Source of the DNA: Armatimonadota bacterium
GTDB taxonomy: Bacteria > Armatimonadota > HRBIN16
NCBI GenBank assembly: GCA_963677485.1
Contig: OY781964.1
Coordinates: forward strand, 3,840,001-3,904,000
Reading direction: 5' to 3'
Length of the DNA: 64,000 nucleotides
This document shows positions 55,791 to 64,000 of the stretch, one piece after another. Numbering within the stretch: the first letter of the stretch is position 1; each line of letters begins with the position of its first letter. Made by a program: the position numbers and the translations under genes. The notes beneath the pieces are model-generated. The model saw only the letters and a program-made list of their open reading frames with translations, was not told the DNA's origin and made no database searches.

Positions 55791-57128
55791 TTGACTACTA
55801 TCACCAATATTCACGCTTACCAGCTTTTTCAACGAAACAATAACGGCAAGGCGACGGTCTCCGTGGAGGGCACTGGCCAACCCTCATCCTCTTTGGTTGT
55901 GGAGGGAGCCGGATTTACAAGCCAGCAGGCGGTGACCCTCAGTGCAGACCGATGGTCTGCTGATGTGGAACTGCCGACAGGAGGACCATATACACTCTCT
56001 TTAGACGGTGTGATGGTGACCCCGCTGTTTGTGGGTGACATCTGGGTTCTAGGTGGACAAAGCAACATGGAAGGCTGCGGAGATATGGTGGACATGGAGA
56101 CATCCCACCCGCTAGTGGTCTCCTATAATCTGGCCGAAAAGTGGGAGCAGGCCGAAGAGCCGCTGCACTGGCTGATGGACTCCATAGATAGCTGCCACAT
56201 TTCGCAGGAAGAACCGGCGCACAGTGAGGCGATTGCAGAGGCCCGACGCGTGCGCACGAAGGGTGCGGGATGCGGGCTTTCCTTCGCTAAGTATATGGTG
56301 GAAGCCACAGGAGTTCCGATTGCACTGCTTCCCTGCGGTCACGGCGGAACCCGCATGTGGGAGTGGGATCCCTCGATGCTCGAGCTTGGCGGAGCCAGTT
56401 TGTATGGCAGCATGATGCGCCGCATCGACGTGGTCGGTGGAAAAGTAGCCGGGATGCTGTGGTATCAAGGCTGCAGCGATGCCATGACGCCTGGTGACCC
56501 TCCGCTGTTTGCCCAGCGGCTTCGCGATTTTGTCACAGCGGTGAGAACGCATCTGAATATGCCGGAGTTGCCGTTCTACCAGGTGCAGATCGGCAAGGTT
56601 TTTGTAGAACCCAACAAAGATCTGGTGGTTTGGTGGAATCAAATTCAGAACGACCAGCGGGAATCTGAGATGGACATACCGCATCAAGCGATGGTCAGTG
56701 CCATCGACTTGCCCAACGACGACCTGATCCACATCGGCACTTGGGCCCAAAAGCGGCTAGGGTTGCGGTTGGCGAAAATGGCGTTAGGCGAAGTGACCAC
56801 CATCAAACTGGAGCGGGCCTGGCAGTCATCTCCATGCGAAGTGCGTGTGCGGTTCTCTGGTGTGAATGGACGCCTCGTGAGCCCAGGGCAGTTGAGCGGC
56901 TTCAGCCTGCGCACGGTCGATGGCGAGCCTTACCACAGCCTTTATAACCAAAAAGTTGATGAGGCGAATCCTACGGAGGTTCTCTTGAAAATCCAGGATC
57001 CGCTCAGAGAAGATTTGGTTGTGTGGTATGGATGGGGGCTTTATCCGCTATGCAACCTGGTGGACGAACAGGATATGCCAGTGGCGGTGATGGGGCCGAT
57101 TAACATCGAAAGGCTGCCGCTGGAATGA
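55791..57128 (+). CDS. Sialate O-acetylesterase (SASA/CE6-like SGNH hydrolase)
   Basis: VGDIWVLGGQSNM, LWYQG and DDLIH motifs. TTG start after a GGAGG RBS. Confidence 0.88.
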   Translation: MTTITNIHAYQLFQRNNNGKATVSVEGTGQPSSSLVVEGAGFTSQQAVTLSADRWSADVELPTGGPYTLSLDGVMVTPLFVGDIWVLGGQSNMEGCGDMVDMETSHPLVVSYNLAEKWEQAEEPLHWLMDSIDSCHISQEEPAHSEAIAEARRVRTKGAGCGLSFAKYMVEATGVPIALLPCGHGGTRMWEWDPSMLELGGASLYGSMMRRIDVVGGKVAGMLWYQGCSDAMTPGDPPLFAQRLRDFVTAVRTHLNMPELPFYQVQIGKVFVEPNKDLVVWWNQIQNDQRESEMDIPHQAMVSAIDLPNDDLIHIGTWAQKRLGLRLAKMALGEVTTIKLERAWQSSPCEVRVRFSGVNGRLVSPGQLSGFSLRTVDGEPYHSLYNQKVDEANPTEVLLKIQDPLREDLVVWYGWGLYPLCNLVDEQDMPVAVMGPINIERLPLE

Positions 57129-57706
57129 AGATAGGGGTCAGTGCCGTACAAGGCGACTTCCATGCCCATATCGCCGCACTGACACAGTGCGGGGTTGACG
57201 TTGTCGAGGTGCGCCTGCCGGCGCACCTCGACGGTATCGATGGGTTGGTGATACCGGGGGGCGAAAGCACCGCCATCATCAAAATGATGCGGTTGTATGG
57301 TCTAGATAGTGCCATCTGTGAGCGGGCCGGAGCGGGGTTGCCTATCTATGGCACCTGCGCAGGATTGATCGTGATGGCCCGGCAGATCGCTGACTACCCA
57401 GAGCAGCCCTCCCTCGGTCTGTTGGACATCGTGGTGCGGCGGAACGCCTTCGGGCGGCAGGTGGACAGTTTCGAGACCGAACTGAGTATCCAAGGTGTGC
57501 CAGGGGATCCCATGATGGCGGTGTTTATCCGTGCTCCCTACGTGCAGAGCGTGGGTAATGGTGTGGAAGTGCTGGCTGAGGTGAAGGGGCATCCCGTTTT
57601 AGTGAAGCAGGGCAACCTGCTGGGAGGCGCGTTTCATCCAGAGCTAACCAACGACTTGAGGCTGCATGAGCTGTTCCTGCGTATGGTCCAAGATGGCAAT
57701 AAGTAG
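57125..57706 (+). CDS. pdxT: Pyridoxal 5'-phosphate synthase glutaminase subunit
   Basis: PGGEST, GTCAG, RNAFGRQ, FIRAP and FHPEL motifs. Confidence 0.96.
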   Translation: MKIGVSAVQGDFHAHIAALTQCGVDVVEVRLPAHLDGIDGLVIPGGESTAIIKMMRLYGLDSAICERAGAGLPIYGTCAGLIVMARQIADYPEQPSLGLLDIVVRRNAFGRQVDSFETELSIQGVPGDPMMAVFIRAPYVQSVGNGVEVLAEVKGHPVLVKQGNLLGGAFHPELTNDLRLHELFLRMVQDGNK

Positions 57707-57712
57707 CACTCG

Positions 57713-58141
57713 ATGGCCATAATACTGGCAATCGACTTCGGCAAGGCGCGTCTTGGCCTGGCAATCTGTGATGGTCTGGAGATGATGGCGCACCCGTTGC
57801 GCACGATTCATCGTCAAAGCAACCTCAAAGATACGGAGATCATCAAGCATATCTGTGTGGAACGTGAGGTCGATATATTGGTGGTGGGTATGCCGTTCTC
57901 TCTGTCGGGCCAAAAGCAGATCGCAGCGGAGGCAGTCGACCGATTTATCGACTTCCTGAGGGAGAATATCGCATTGCCTATCGACACCGTCGACGAACGT
58001 CTGACCAGTGCGGAGTCGAACAAGCGGCTGATCGAAATGGACATCAGCCGAAAAAACCGGAAGAATGTGGTGGACCAAATGGCGGCAGCCCTGATTCTGG
58101 AAAACTACCTCGCCAGACGGCGATGTGCAAAGGACAGCTAG
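57713..58141 (+). CDS. ruvX: Putative pre-16S rRNA nuclease (YqgF/RuvX)
   Basis: LAIDFG.ARLGLA, VVGMP, DERLTS and VDQMAAALIL motifs. Confidence 0.94.
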   Translation: MAIILAIDFGKARLGLAICDGLEMMAHPLRTIHRQSNLKDTEIIKHICVEREVDILVVGMPFSLSGQKQIAAEAVDRFIDFLRENIALPIDTVDERLTSAESNKRLIEMDISRKNRKNVVDQMAAALILENYLARRRCAKDS

Positions 58142-59149
58142 TTGGCAGCAAAGAAACGGAGACCGAACAATCGAGGATCAGTGATCTTGCTGCTGGTATC
58201 GCTGATCATCGTTTCAGCTTACGCTGTCTACATCGCATTTACACCGGTTGGTGAAGGGCCATCGAAGCTGGTGGCTGTGGGGGAGGGGGCGACCGCTCAG
58301 AGAGTGGCGACTCGGCTAAAGTCACGTGGGGTGATTCGCAGCGAGATCGCCTTCCAGCTGGTGGTTCGCTGGCAAAAGCAGGCTTCCAAGCTTCAACCGG
58401 GCACCTACGAAGTCAGCCCCGCCATGACCTTGGTCGATATCGCCAACATGATCGCATCGGGGCACACGGCGTTGGGCATGGTGACCATTCCCGAAGGCTT
58501 CACAGTTAAACAAATTGCCGGCAGACTGCAGCAAGCGAAGGTCTGTTCGGAGCAGCAGTTTATAGATTTCTGCACCACAAGCGGTAAATCACTGACTGCA
58601 CCCTACAAACTTCCCGCTAACCTTGAAGGGTATCTATTTCCAGACACATATCATCTTCCAGTGGGGTTGGGTGCCCGTGCTTCGGCACAGGAAATGGTCT
58701 CGGCCACAACCCGGCAACTCTATAAGCCCAACCTGAAAGCCATCGTGTCACAGAAGCTGATCTTTCACCAACTTCTAACGGTGGCGTCGCTCATCGAGCG
58801 TGAGGCTAAAGTGGCGGTTGACCGCCCCATGATTTCCGGCGTGATACGCAATCGGCTGGCCAAGGGAATGAGGCTTCAAATTGATGCGACTGTTCTCTAT
58901 GCGAAGAAGCAGCATCAGGCCATTGTATACCGCAAGGATCTGTGGGTAGAATCACCATATAACACCTACAGAAATGCAGGGCTTCCGCCGGGGCCGATCG
59001 CCTCACCAGGCGTCAGCTCATTCAAGGCTGCATTGAAGCCCGCCGGTACCAAAGCTTTGTATTACGTCGCAAGGCTTGATGGATCCCATCTGTTTTCGGA
59101 CACATACGAAAAGCATCTGGCAGCCGTAAAACGCGTCAGAAGGAGATAA
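58142..59149 (+). CDS. mltG: Endolytic transglycosylase MltG
   Basis: TM helix, VTIPEG, LEGYLFPDTY, ASLIERE, LQIDAT and SPYNTY..GLPPGPI motifs. Confidence 0.95.
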   Translation: MAAKKRRPNNRGSVILLLVSLIIVSAYAVYIAFTPVGEGPSKLVAVGEGATAQRVATRLKSRGVIRSEIAFQLVVRWQKQASKLQPGTYEVSPAMTLVDIANMIASGHTALGMVTIPEGFTVKQIAGRLQQAKVCSEQQFIDFCTTSGKSLTAPYKLPANLEGYLFPDTYHLPVGLGARASAQEMVSATTRQLYKPNLKAIVSQKLIFHQLLTVASLIEREAKVAVDRPMISGVIRNRLAKGMRLQIDATVLYAKKQHQAIVYRKDLWVESPYNTYRNAGLPPGPIASPGVSSFKAALKPAGTKALYYVARLDGSHLFSDTYEKHLAAVKRVRRR

Positions 59150-59151
59150 AC

Positions 59152-59739
59152 TTGCCATTCTCGAATAGCACGAAACCGAAAAAGCGAGGATGGATGCGCT
59201 GGTGCCCCGACCAGATGGAAATCAAGGTGACCGATATATCGGCCGATTCGTTGTTAGAGAATGGCTTTCAAGCCGTTTTACTGGACATAGACAACACTAT
59301 CATCCCGTGGCAGGGCATGGTGATTTCGGATGCTGTACACGCTTGGGTAGGCACCTTGCGCAAGGCAGGTATCAAAGTATGCCTGGTGTCTAACACGCAC
59401 AGGCCCAAGCGTTTGTCAGCTCTAGCTCAGTCGCTGGGGGTCGTCCATGTGCCACATGCAGGAAAACCCCGTCGGCGGGGCTTGCGGCAGGCCCTTGAGG
59501 TTCTGGGTGTCGATATCGATCACGCTGTGATGATTGGCGATCAGGTGTTTACCGACATATGGGCAGGCAACCGGATGCGCATGAATACCATACTGGTGCA
59601 GCCTGTAGATGGGCGTGAGTTTTTCGGCACTAAGATCAGCCGTGCGCTGGAGAGGGTTCTGATGTGGGGATATCGCCGTCGGGGCAAGCTGCCTACACAA
59701 AGGAACCTGTCTGCCGATTCTGAGAGTCAAACAAAGTAA
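59152..59739 (+). CDS. yqeG: YqeG family HAD-IIIA phosphatase
   Basis: LDIDNT, VSN, KP and IGDQVFTDI motifs. Start may be 59194. Confidence 0.9.
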   Translation: MPFSNSTKPKKRGWMRWCPDQMEIKVTDISADSLLENGFQAVLLDIDNTIIPWQGMVISDAVHAWVGTLRKAGIKVCLVSNTHRPKRLSALAQSLGVVHVPHAGKPRRRGLRQALEVLGVDIDHAVMIGDQVFTDIWAGNRMRMNTILVQPVDGREFFGTKISRALERVLMWGYRRRGKLPTQRNLSADSESQTK

Positions 59740-60591
59740 ATGCATATAGACGGACGCACCAAAATCATAGGGGTGATGGGCTGGCCGGTGGAGCATACGC
59801 TCTCACCCGCCATGCAGAACGCAGCACTTGAAGAGATGGGTATCAACTGGGTGTACGTGCCCATGTCTGTCAACCCAGACGACCTCAGTGATGTGGTGGC
59901 AGGCTTGCGGGCCATCCACTCGCCAGGATGGAACCTCACCATTCCACACAAGCTGAATATCCTCCCACTGCTTGATGTGGTGACGCCTGAGGCGAAAGCG
60001 GTTGGTGCTGTGAACACAGTAGTGCGGCGGGATGATTTGCTGATTGGGTATAACACCGATATTGCAGGTTTTTTACGGTCTGCAGAAAAAGAAGGGTTTA
60101 AGCCAAGTGGTGGCGAACCTGTAATGGTGGCCGGAAGTGGGGGGGTAGCCCGCGCAATTACGTATGCTTTGTCCCACGCCGGTTGCGATTTGACCGTTGT
60201 GAGCAGAAATCTTCAAAAAACCGCCCAGATGTGCGCGGAAATAGAGATAACTGCCAACGTAATAGAGTACCATGATGAACAGGTGCCTTCCATTATGCAG
60301 CGTTCGCAGTTATTAGTTAACGCGACATCACTAGGTATGGGTGCGCAAGCCGATTGCTCGCTGCCCCTGCCGTTGGAATTGCTGAATAAAAGCGCATTAG
60401 TCTTTGATACAGTATATTCACCAGCAGAAACTAGACTGATGAACCAGGCCAGGCAATTAGGGCATCACGCCTGCAATGGGCTTGGAATGTTGCTGATGCA
60501 GGGAGCGGCTGCGTTAGAGTTATGGACACAGAGAGATGTGCCCATAGAATCGATGAACAACGCGATACAGCAAGCGTTTCAGAGCAGATAA
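59740..60591 (+). CDS. aroE: Shikimate dehydrogenase
   Basis: HTLSP, NLTIPHK, GAVNT, NTD, GSGG and NATS motifs. Confidence 0.95.
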   Translation: MHIDGRTKIIGVMGWPVEHTLSPAMQNAALEEMGINWVYVPMSVNPDDLSDVVAGLRAIHSPGWNLTIPHKLNILPLLDVVTPEAKAVGAVNTVVRRDDLLIGYNTDIAGFLRSAEKEGFKPSGGEPVMVAGSGGVARAITYALSHAGCDLTVVSRNLQKTAQMCAEIEITANVIEYHDEQVPSIMQRSQLLVNATSLGMGAQADCSLPLPLELLNKSALVFDTVYSPAETRLMNQARQLGHHACNGLGMLLMQGAAALELWTQRDVPIESMNNAIQQAFQSR

Positions 60592-60697
60592 CAAATTGCT
60601 CCGCGTGACTGCGTGTGATATAATCGCGTTGATGTTGCGTTCTAGCAGCAAGAAACCGGACAGCAATTTACAGTTCGAATAAGGGGTTATCACAACG

Positions 60698-62545
60698 ATG
60701 GCAGTAGTCCGAAAAAGCCTTGCCGACTATCTCGTAGAGAAGGGTTATGTAAGCCGAGACAATATGGCGAACGCCCAGAAGATTCAGAAGAGCACTGGCG
60801 GAGAGCTTGGACGGATCCTCATCGAGAACCAGTTGGCGACACCCGCTCAGGTAGCTGAAGCGAAGGCTCATGAGCTGGGCATTCCCTACGTGGATCTGCG
60901 TGCGTTCAAGATCGATCCCGCCGCTGTGAGCACGATTTCCGAAAGAATTGCACGGCAGCATAAGGTCCTTCCGATTCGTAAAGACGGCAACGTGCTTATC
61001 GTGGCCATGTCAGACACCAACAACGTCGGTGCTTACGATGACCTTAGGCTCGTGACCCGCTGTACTATCCGGCCGGCCCTTGCCAGTCCGGATGCTATCG
61101 AAGAAGCAATCGCCAGAGTATACGCTTCGGCGGTTGTGGGCACTTTGCCCGGAACTCCGGCTACAACTACGGGTCAGCCTGTGGCCCCCGCACCGGCGGC
61201 ACCAGCAGTACCTACCTCTGCAGTGGCCAATGCACCTGCCGTGTCGTCTGGAGCATCGATGTCCAGCGCTATCGGTAATGTGAAGGCTGATGTGGCGACC
61301 TTTGGCTTCGGTGATGATGCTGATGCAGAAGATACAGAAGCGGCTCGCCGTGTGGCTGAAGAAGCCCCGATCGTCCGTATCGCTAACACCATCATTCAGC
61401 AAGCTGTGCGCGAACGTGCCTCTGACATCCATGTGGAGCCTCAAGAGCGCGGCGTCCGGGTAAGGTACCGAATCGACGGTGTGCTACACGAAGTCATGAC
61501 CGTTCCTCGACACGTGCAAAGCCCGCTCATTTCGCGATATAAGATTATGTCCGACATGAACATCGCTGAGCGCCGTGTACCTCAGGACGGACGTATCGCT
61601 GTCCGTGTTGATGGAGCCGACTTCGACCTTCGTGTCAGTTCTATTCCTGTCCACCTTACTTCAGGGCAGTCTGAAAAGATCGTCATGCGTATCTTGGATA
61701 AGAACAGCGTGTTAATCGGTCTTGATAAACTTGGCTTCCTGCCCGATGTTCAAGCCCAATTGGAGGAGCTGGTGATTCAGCCTAACGGAATGGTGCTCTG
61801 CACCGGCCCGACTGGTTCTGGTAAAACCACCACGCTTTACTCAGTTCTCAATAAACTGAACTCCGTTGAGAAGAACATTGTGACCATTGAAGACCCGGTA
61901 GAATACCAGCTTCCTGGTATCTCCCAGGTTCAGGTGAACAAGAAGGCCGGACTGAACTTTGGCATCGCCTTGCGTGCCTTCCTCCGACAGGACCCTGACA
62001 TCATCATGGTCGGAGAGATGCGTGACCTTGAGACCTCTTCTATCGCCATTGAATCTTCACTAACGGGACACCTCGTGCTCTCCACTCTTCACACCAACGA
62101 CGCTCCGTCTGCGGTTATTCGTATGGTAGACATGGGAGTTGAGCCCTTTTTGATCTCCGCGACCGTAATTTGCGTCCTTGCCCAGCGTTTGGCTCGTCGA
62201 ATATGTAAGGACTGCAAAGAAGAGTATCAAGCACCTGCAACTGTTCTTCGAAGATTCGGCTTCCGGCCGGAGAATCCAGACCAGATGGTGACACTCTACC
62301 GTGGACGCGGTTGCGACAGTTGCCGTAATACAGGCTTCCGAGGACGCTTGGGCATTCATGAGATGATGCGTATGAACGACGAAATTGCTGAACTCATTGC
62401 CCGACGTGCACCATTGGCCGACATCCGTGATGCGGCTAAAGCTTATGGCATGATGGAGCTCCGCGAAGATGGTCTGAAGAAGGTTCTTTTGGGATATACC
62501 ACTCCAGAAGAGGTTATGTCCGTCGTATTCACCGCGGGACGCTAA
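60698..62545 (+). CDS. pilB: Type IV pilus assembly ATPase PilB (GspE/PulE family)
   Basis: MshEN-like N-terminus, ASDIHVEP, PQDG, GPTGSGKTT, LRQDPD and Zn tetracysteine motif. Confidence 0.93.
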   Translation: MAVVRKSLADYLVEKGYVSRDNMANAQKIQKSTGGELGRILIENQLATPAQVAEAKAHELGIPYVDLRAFKIDPAAVSTISERIARQHKVLPIRKDGNVLIVAMSDTNNVGAYDDLRLVTRCTIRPALASPDAIEEAIARVYASAVVGTLPGTPATTTGQPVAPAPAAPAVPTSAVANAPAVSSGASMSSAIGNVKADVATFGFGDDADAEDTEAARRVAEEAPIVRIANTIIQQAVRERASDIHVEPQERGVRVRYRIDGVLHEVMTVPRHVQSPLISRYKIMSDMNIAERRVPQDGRIAVRVDGADFDLRVSSIPVHLTSGQSEKIVMRILDKNSVLIGLDKLGFLPDVQAQLEELVIQPNGMVLCTGPTGSGKTTTLYSVLNKLNSVEKNIVTIEDPVEYQLPGISQVQVNKKAGLNFGIALRAFLRQDPDIIMVGEMRDLETSSIAIESSLTGHLVLSTLHTNDAPSAVIRMVDMGVEPFLISATVICVLAQRLARRICKDCKEEYQAPATVLRRFGFRPENPDQMVTLYRGRGCDSCRNTGFRGRLGIHEMMRMNDEIAELIARRAPLADIRDAAKAYGMMELREDGLKKVLLGYTTPEEVMSVVFTAGR

Positions 62546-62589
62546 CCAGCGTTCCGCATCCGTATCGAACCATCTAGGGAGTAATTAGT

Positions 62590-63786
62590 TTGGAAAGCAA
62601 TCAGCCCGATGCCCAGACTCCAATAGGAGCTCCAGGCGCTGCCTCTTCTCGTACGAATAAACTCGACGACACGCATCTCGATGAGTTGCTGCGAATCCTG
62701 GTAGAAAAGAATGGTTCTGACCTTCATCTGTGTGTGGGTGTTCCGCCTATCCTTCGTGTAGATGGTAAGCTTCAACCCACTAACTATGATAAGGCGACCG
62801 CTCAGTTATGCCAGCGTCTGGTTTATGACATTCTATCTGACGAGCAGATTCAACGTTTTGAGTCCTCTATGGAGCTTGACTTTTCCTATCAAATGCAGAA
62901 GATTGCACGCTTTCGTGTAAATGTCTTCCGCGATCGTGGCTCGGTAGCTGCTGCATTCCGACTGATTGCTACCCGTATTCCTACGATCAAAGACTTAAAG
63001 CTGCCGGGTATTCTTGAGGACTTAACTCGAATTCCCCGTGGATTGATCCTGGTGACAGGGCCTACAGGTTCTGGTAAGTCCACCACATTGGCCGCTATGA
63101 TCAACCAGATCAATACGGAACGAAGCTGCCACATCGTGACAGTCGAGGACCCTATTGAATACCTTCACCAGCACAGATTTAGTGTCATCAACCAGCGTGA
63201 GTTGGGACAGGATACCAAATCTTTCACCAATGCTCTGCGCGCCGTTCTTCGAGAAGACCCAGATGTCATTCTGGTTGGAGAAATGCGTGACACAGAGACG
63301 ATCCACCTGGCCATTACCGCTGCCGAAACCGGACACCTTGTGATGGCCACCCTACACACCAACTCTGCCGCGCAAACCATCGACCGTATGGTTGACGTGT
63401 TCCCTCCTGGGCAGCAGGAGCAGGTGCGTGTGCAGTTGTCAAACTCACTACAAGCGGTTGTGTGCCAGCAGTTGCTGCCAAAAGCAGGACAGCCGGGACG
63501 CGTACCCGTCAACGAGATCATGATTGTGACCCCGGCCATCCGAAACCTCGTCCGCGAGGCCAAGGCTCACCAGATCACATCCATGATCCAGACTAGCGGC
63601 GCCATGGGGATGATAACCATGGATCAATGCTTGCGTGACCTGTATCAAAAGGGCTTGATCACTATGGAAGTGGCCATGAACGCAGCCATATCACCTGACG
63701 AACTAAAGAAACTCATTAGCTCCGATGCCTTGACTGGACAATCCGGTACTACAAACACCGGTTCGTCTCGTCCTGGTGCTCGGTAA
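62590..63786 (+). CDS. pilT: Type IV pilus retraction ATPase PilT
   Basis: GSDLHL, RFRVN, GPTGSGKST, LREDPD and AIRNLVRE motifs. Confidence 0.95.
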   Translation: MESNQPDAQTPIGAPGAASSRTNKLDDTHLDELLRILVEKNGSDLHLCVGVPPILRVDGKLQPTNYDKATAQLCQRLVYDILSDEQIQRFESSMELDFSYQMQKIARFRVNVFRDRGSVAAAFRLIATRIPTIKDLKLPGILEDLTRIPRGLILVTGPTGSGKSTTLAAMINQINTERSCHIVTVEDPIEYLHQHRFSVINQRELGQDTKSFTNALRAVLREDPDVILVGEMRDTETIHLAITAAETGHLVMATLHTNSAAQTIDRMVDVFPPGQQEQVRVQLSNSLQAVVCQQLLPKAGQPGRVPVNEIMIVTPAIRNLVREAKAHQITSMIQTSGAMGMITMDQCLRDLYQKGLITMEVAMNAAISPDELKKLISSDALTGQSGTTNTGSSRPGAR

Positions 63787-63806
63787 GGCAACTAGGAGGC
63801 TAAACT

Positions 63807-64000
63807 ATGCCAGCATTTGCCTATTCATTCCGCGATTCCCAAGGTGTTGTACGACAGGGAACAAGTGAAGCGGAAACTCCAGATGTACTAAAGCAGCGTC
63901 TGGAAGAGCAAGGGTTTACCGTTGTCGAAATCAAACAGGTTCGCACACGCCCGAAATTCCAATTTGGACGAGTGAACCTGAAAGACTTGTCGCTATTCTG
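63807..64000 (+). CDS. pilC: Type IV pilus platform protein PilC (GspF family), partial
   Basis: AGGAGG RBS, then MPAFAYSFRDSQG...G..EA...L...G...VNLKDLSLF, directly after pilT. Runs off the window. Confidence 0.8.
   Translation, partial: MPAFAYSFRDSQGVVRQGTSEAETPDVLKQRLEEQGFTVVEIKQVRTRPKFQFGRVNLKDLSLF

Noticed and set aside
57125-57706. pdxT without adjacent pdxS (likewise gatB without gatCA) as a novelty
   Set aside because: Split arrangements are common, and the partners may be elsewhere in the genome.

Overview
Bacterial chromosomal window with no rRNA, tRNA or CRISPR array. The C-terminal dockerin-like modules and carbohydrate-rich gene content suggest Armatimonadota, but this is an inference. 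The backbone holds sugar-catabolic genes (Gfo/Idh/MocA and TIM-barrel isomerase cluster, GH43, GH35, two GH42-like hydrolases, an EryC-like polyol operon, an orphan glycyl radical enzyme), housekeeping genes (thrB, gatB, valS, pdxT-ruvX-mltG-yqeG-aroE) and the start of a pilB-pilT-pilC operon. The most notable structure is a family of two-hairpin REP-like repeats hit by two different mobile elements. An IS110 element (34341-36155) is inserted exactly at a CAAG inside one repeat copy, and its left non-coding end carries short matches to both target and donor, as expected of a bridge RNA. A non-autonomous element with CAGTCTATTACCCA terminal inverted repeats occurs twice, once nested in a repeat hairpin with a near-perfect 10-bp duplication. 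Next to the IS110 is an AT-richer island with four orphan Rhs core/toxin/immunity cassettes, lying between an RpiR regulator and the polyol operon.
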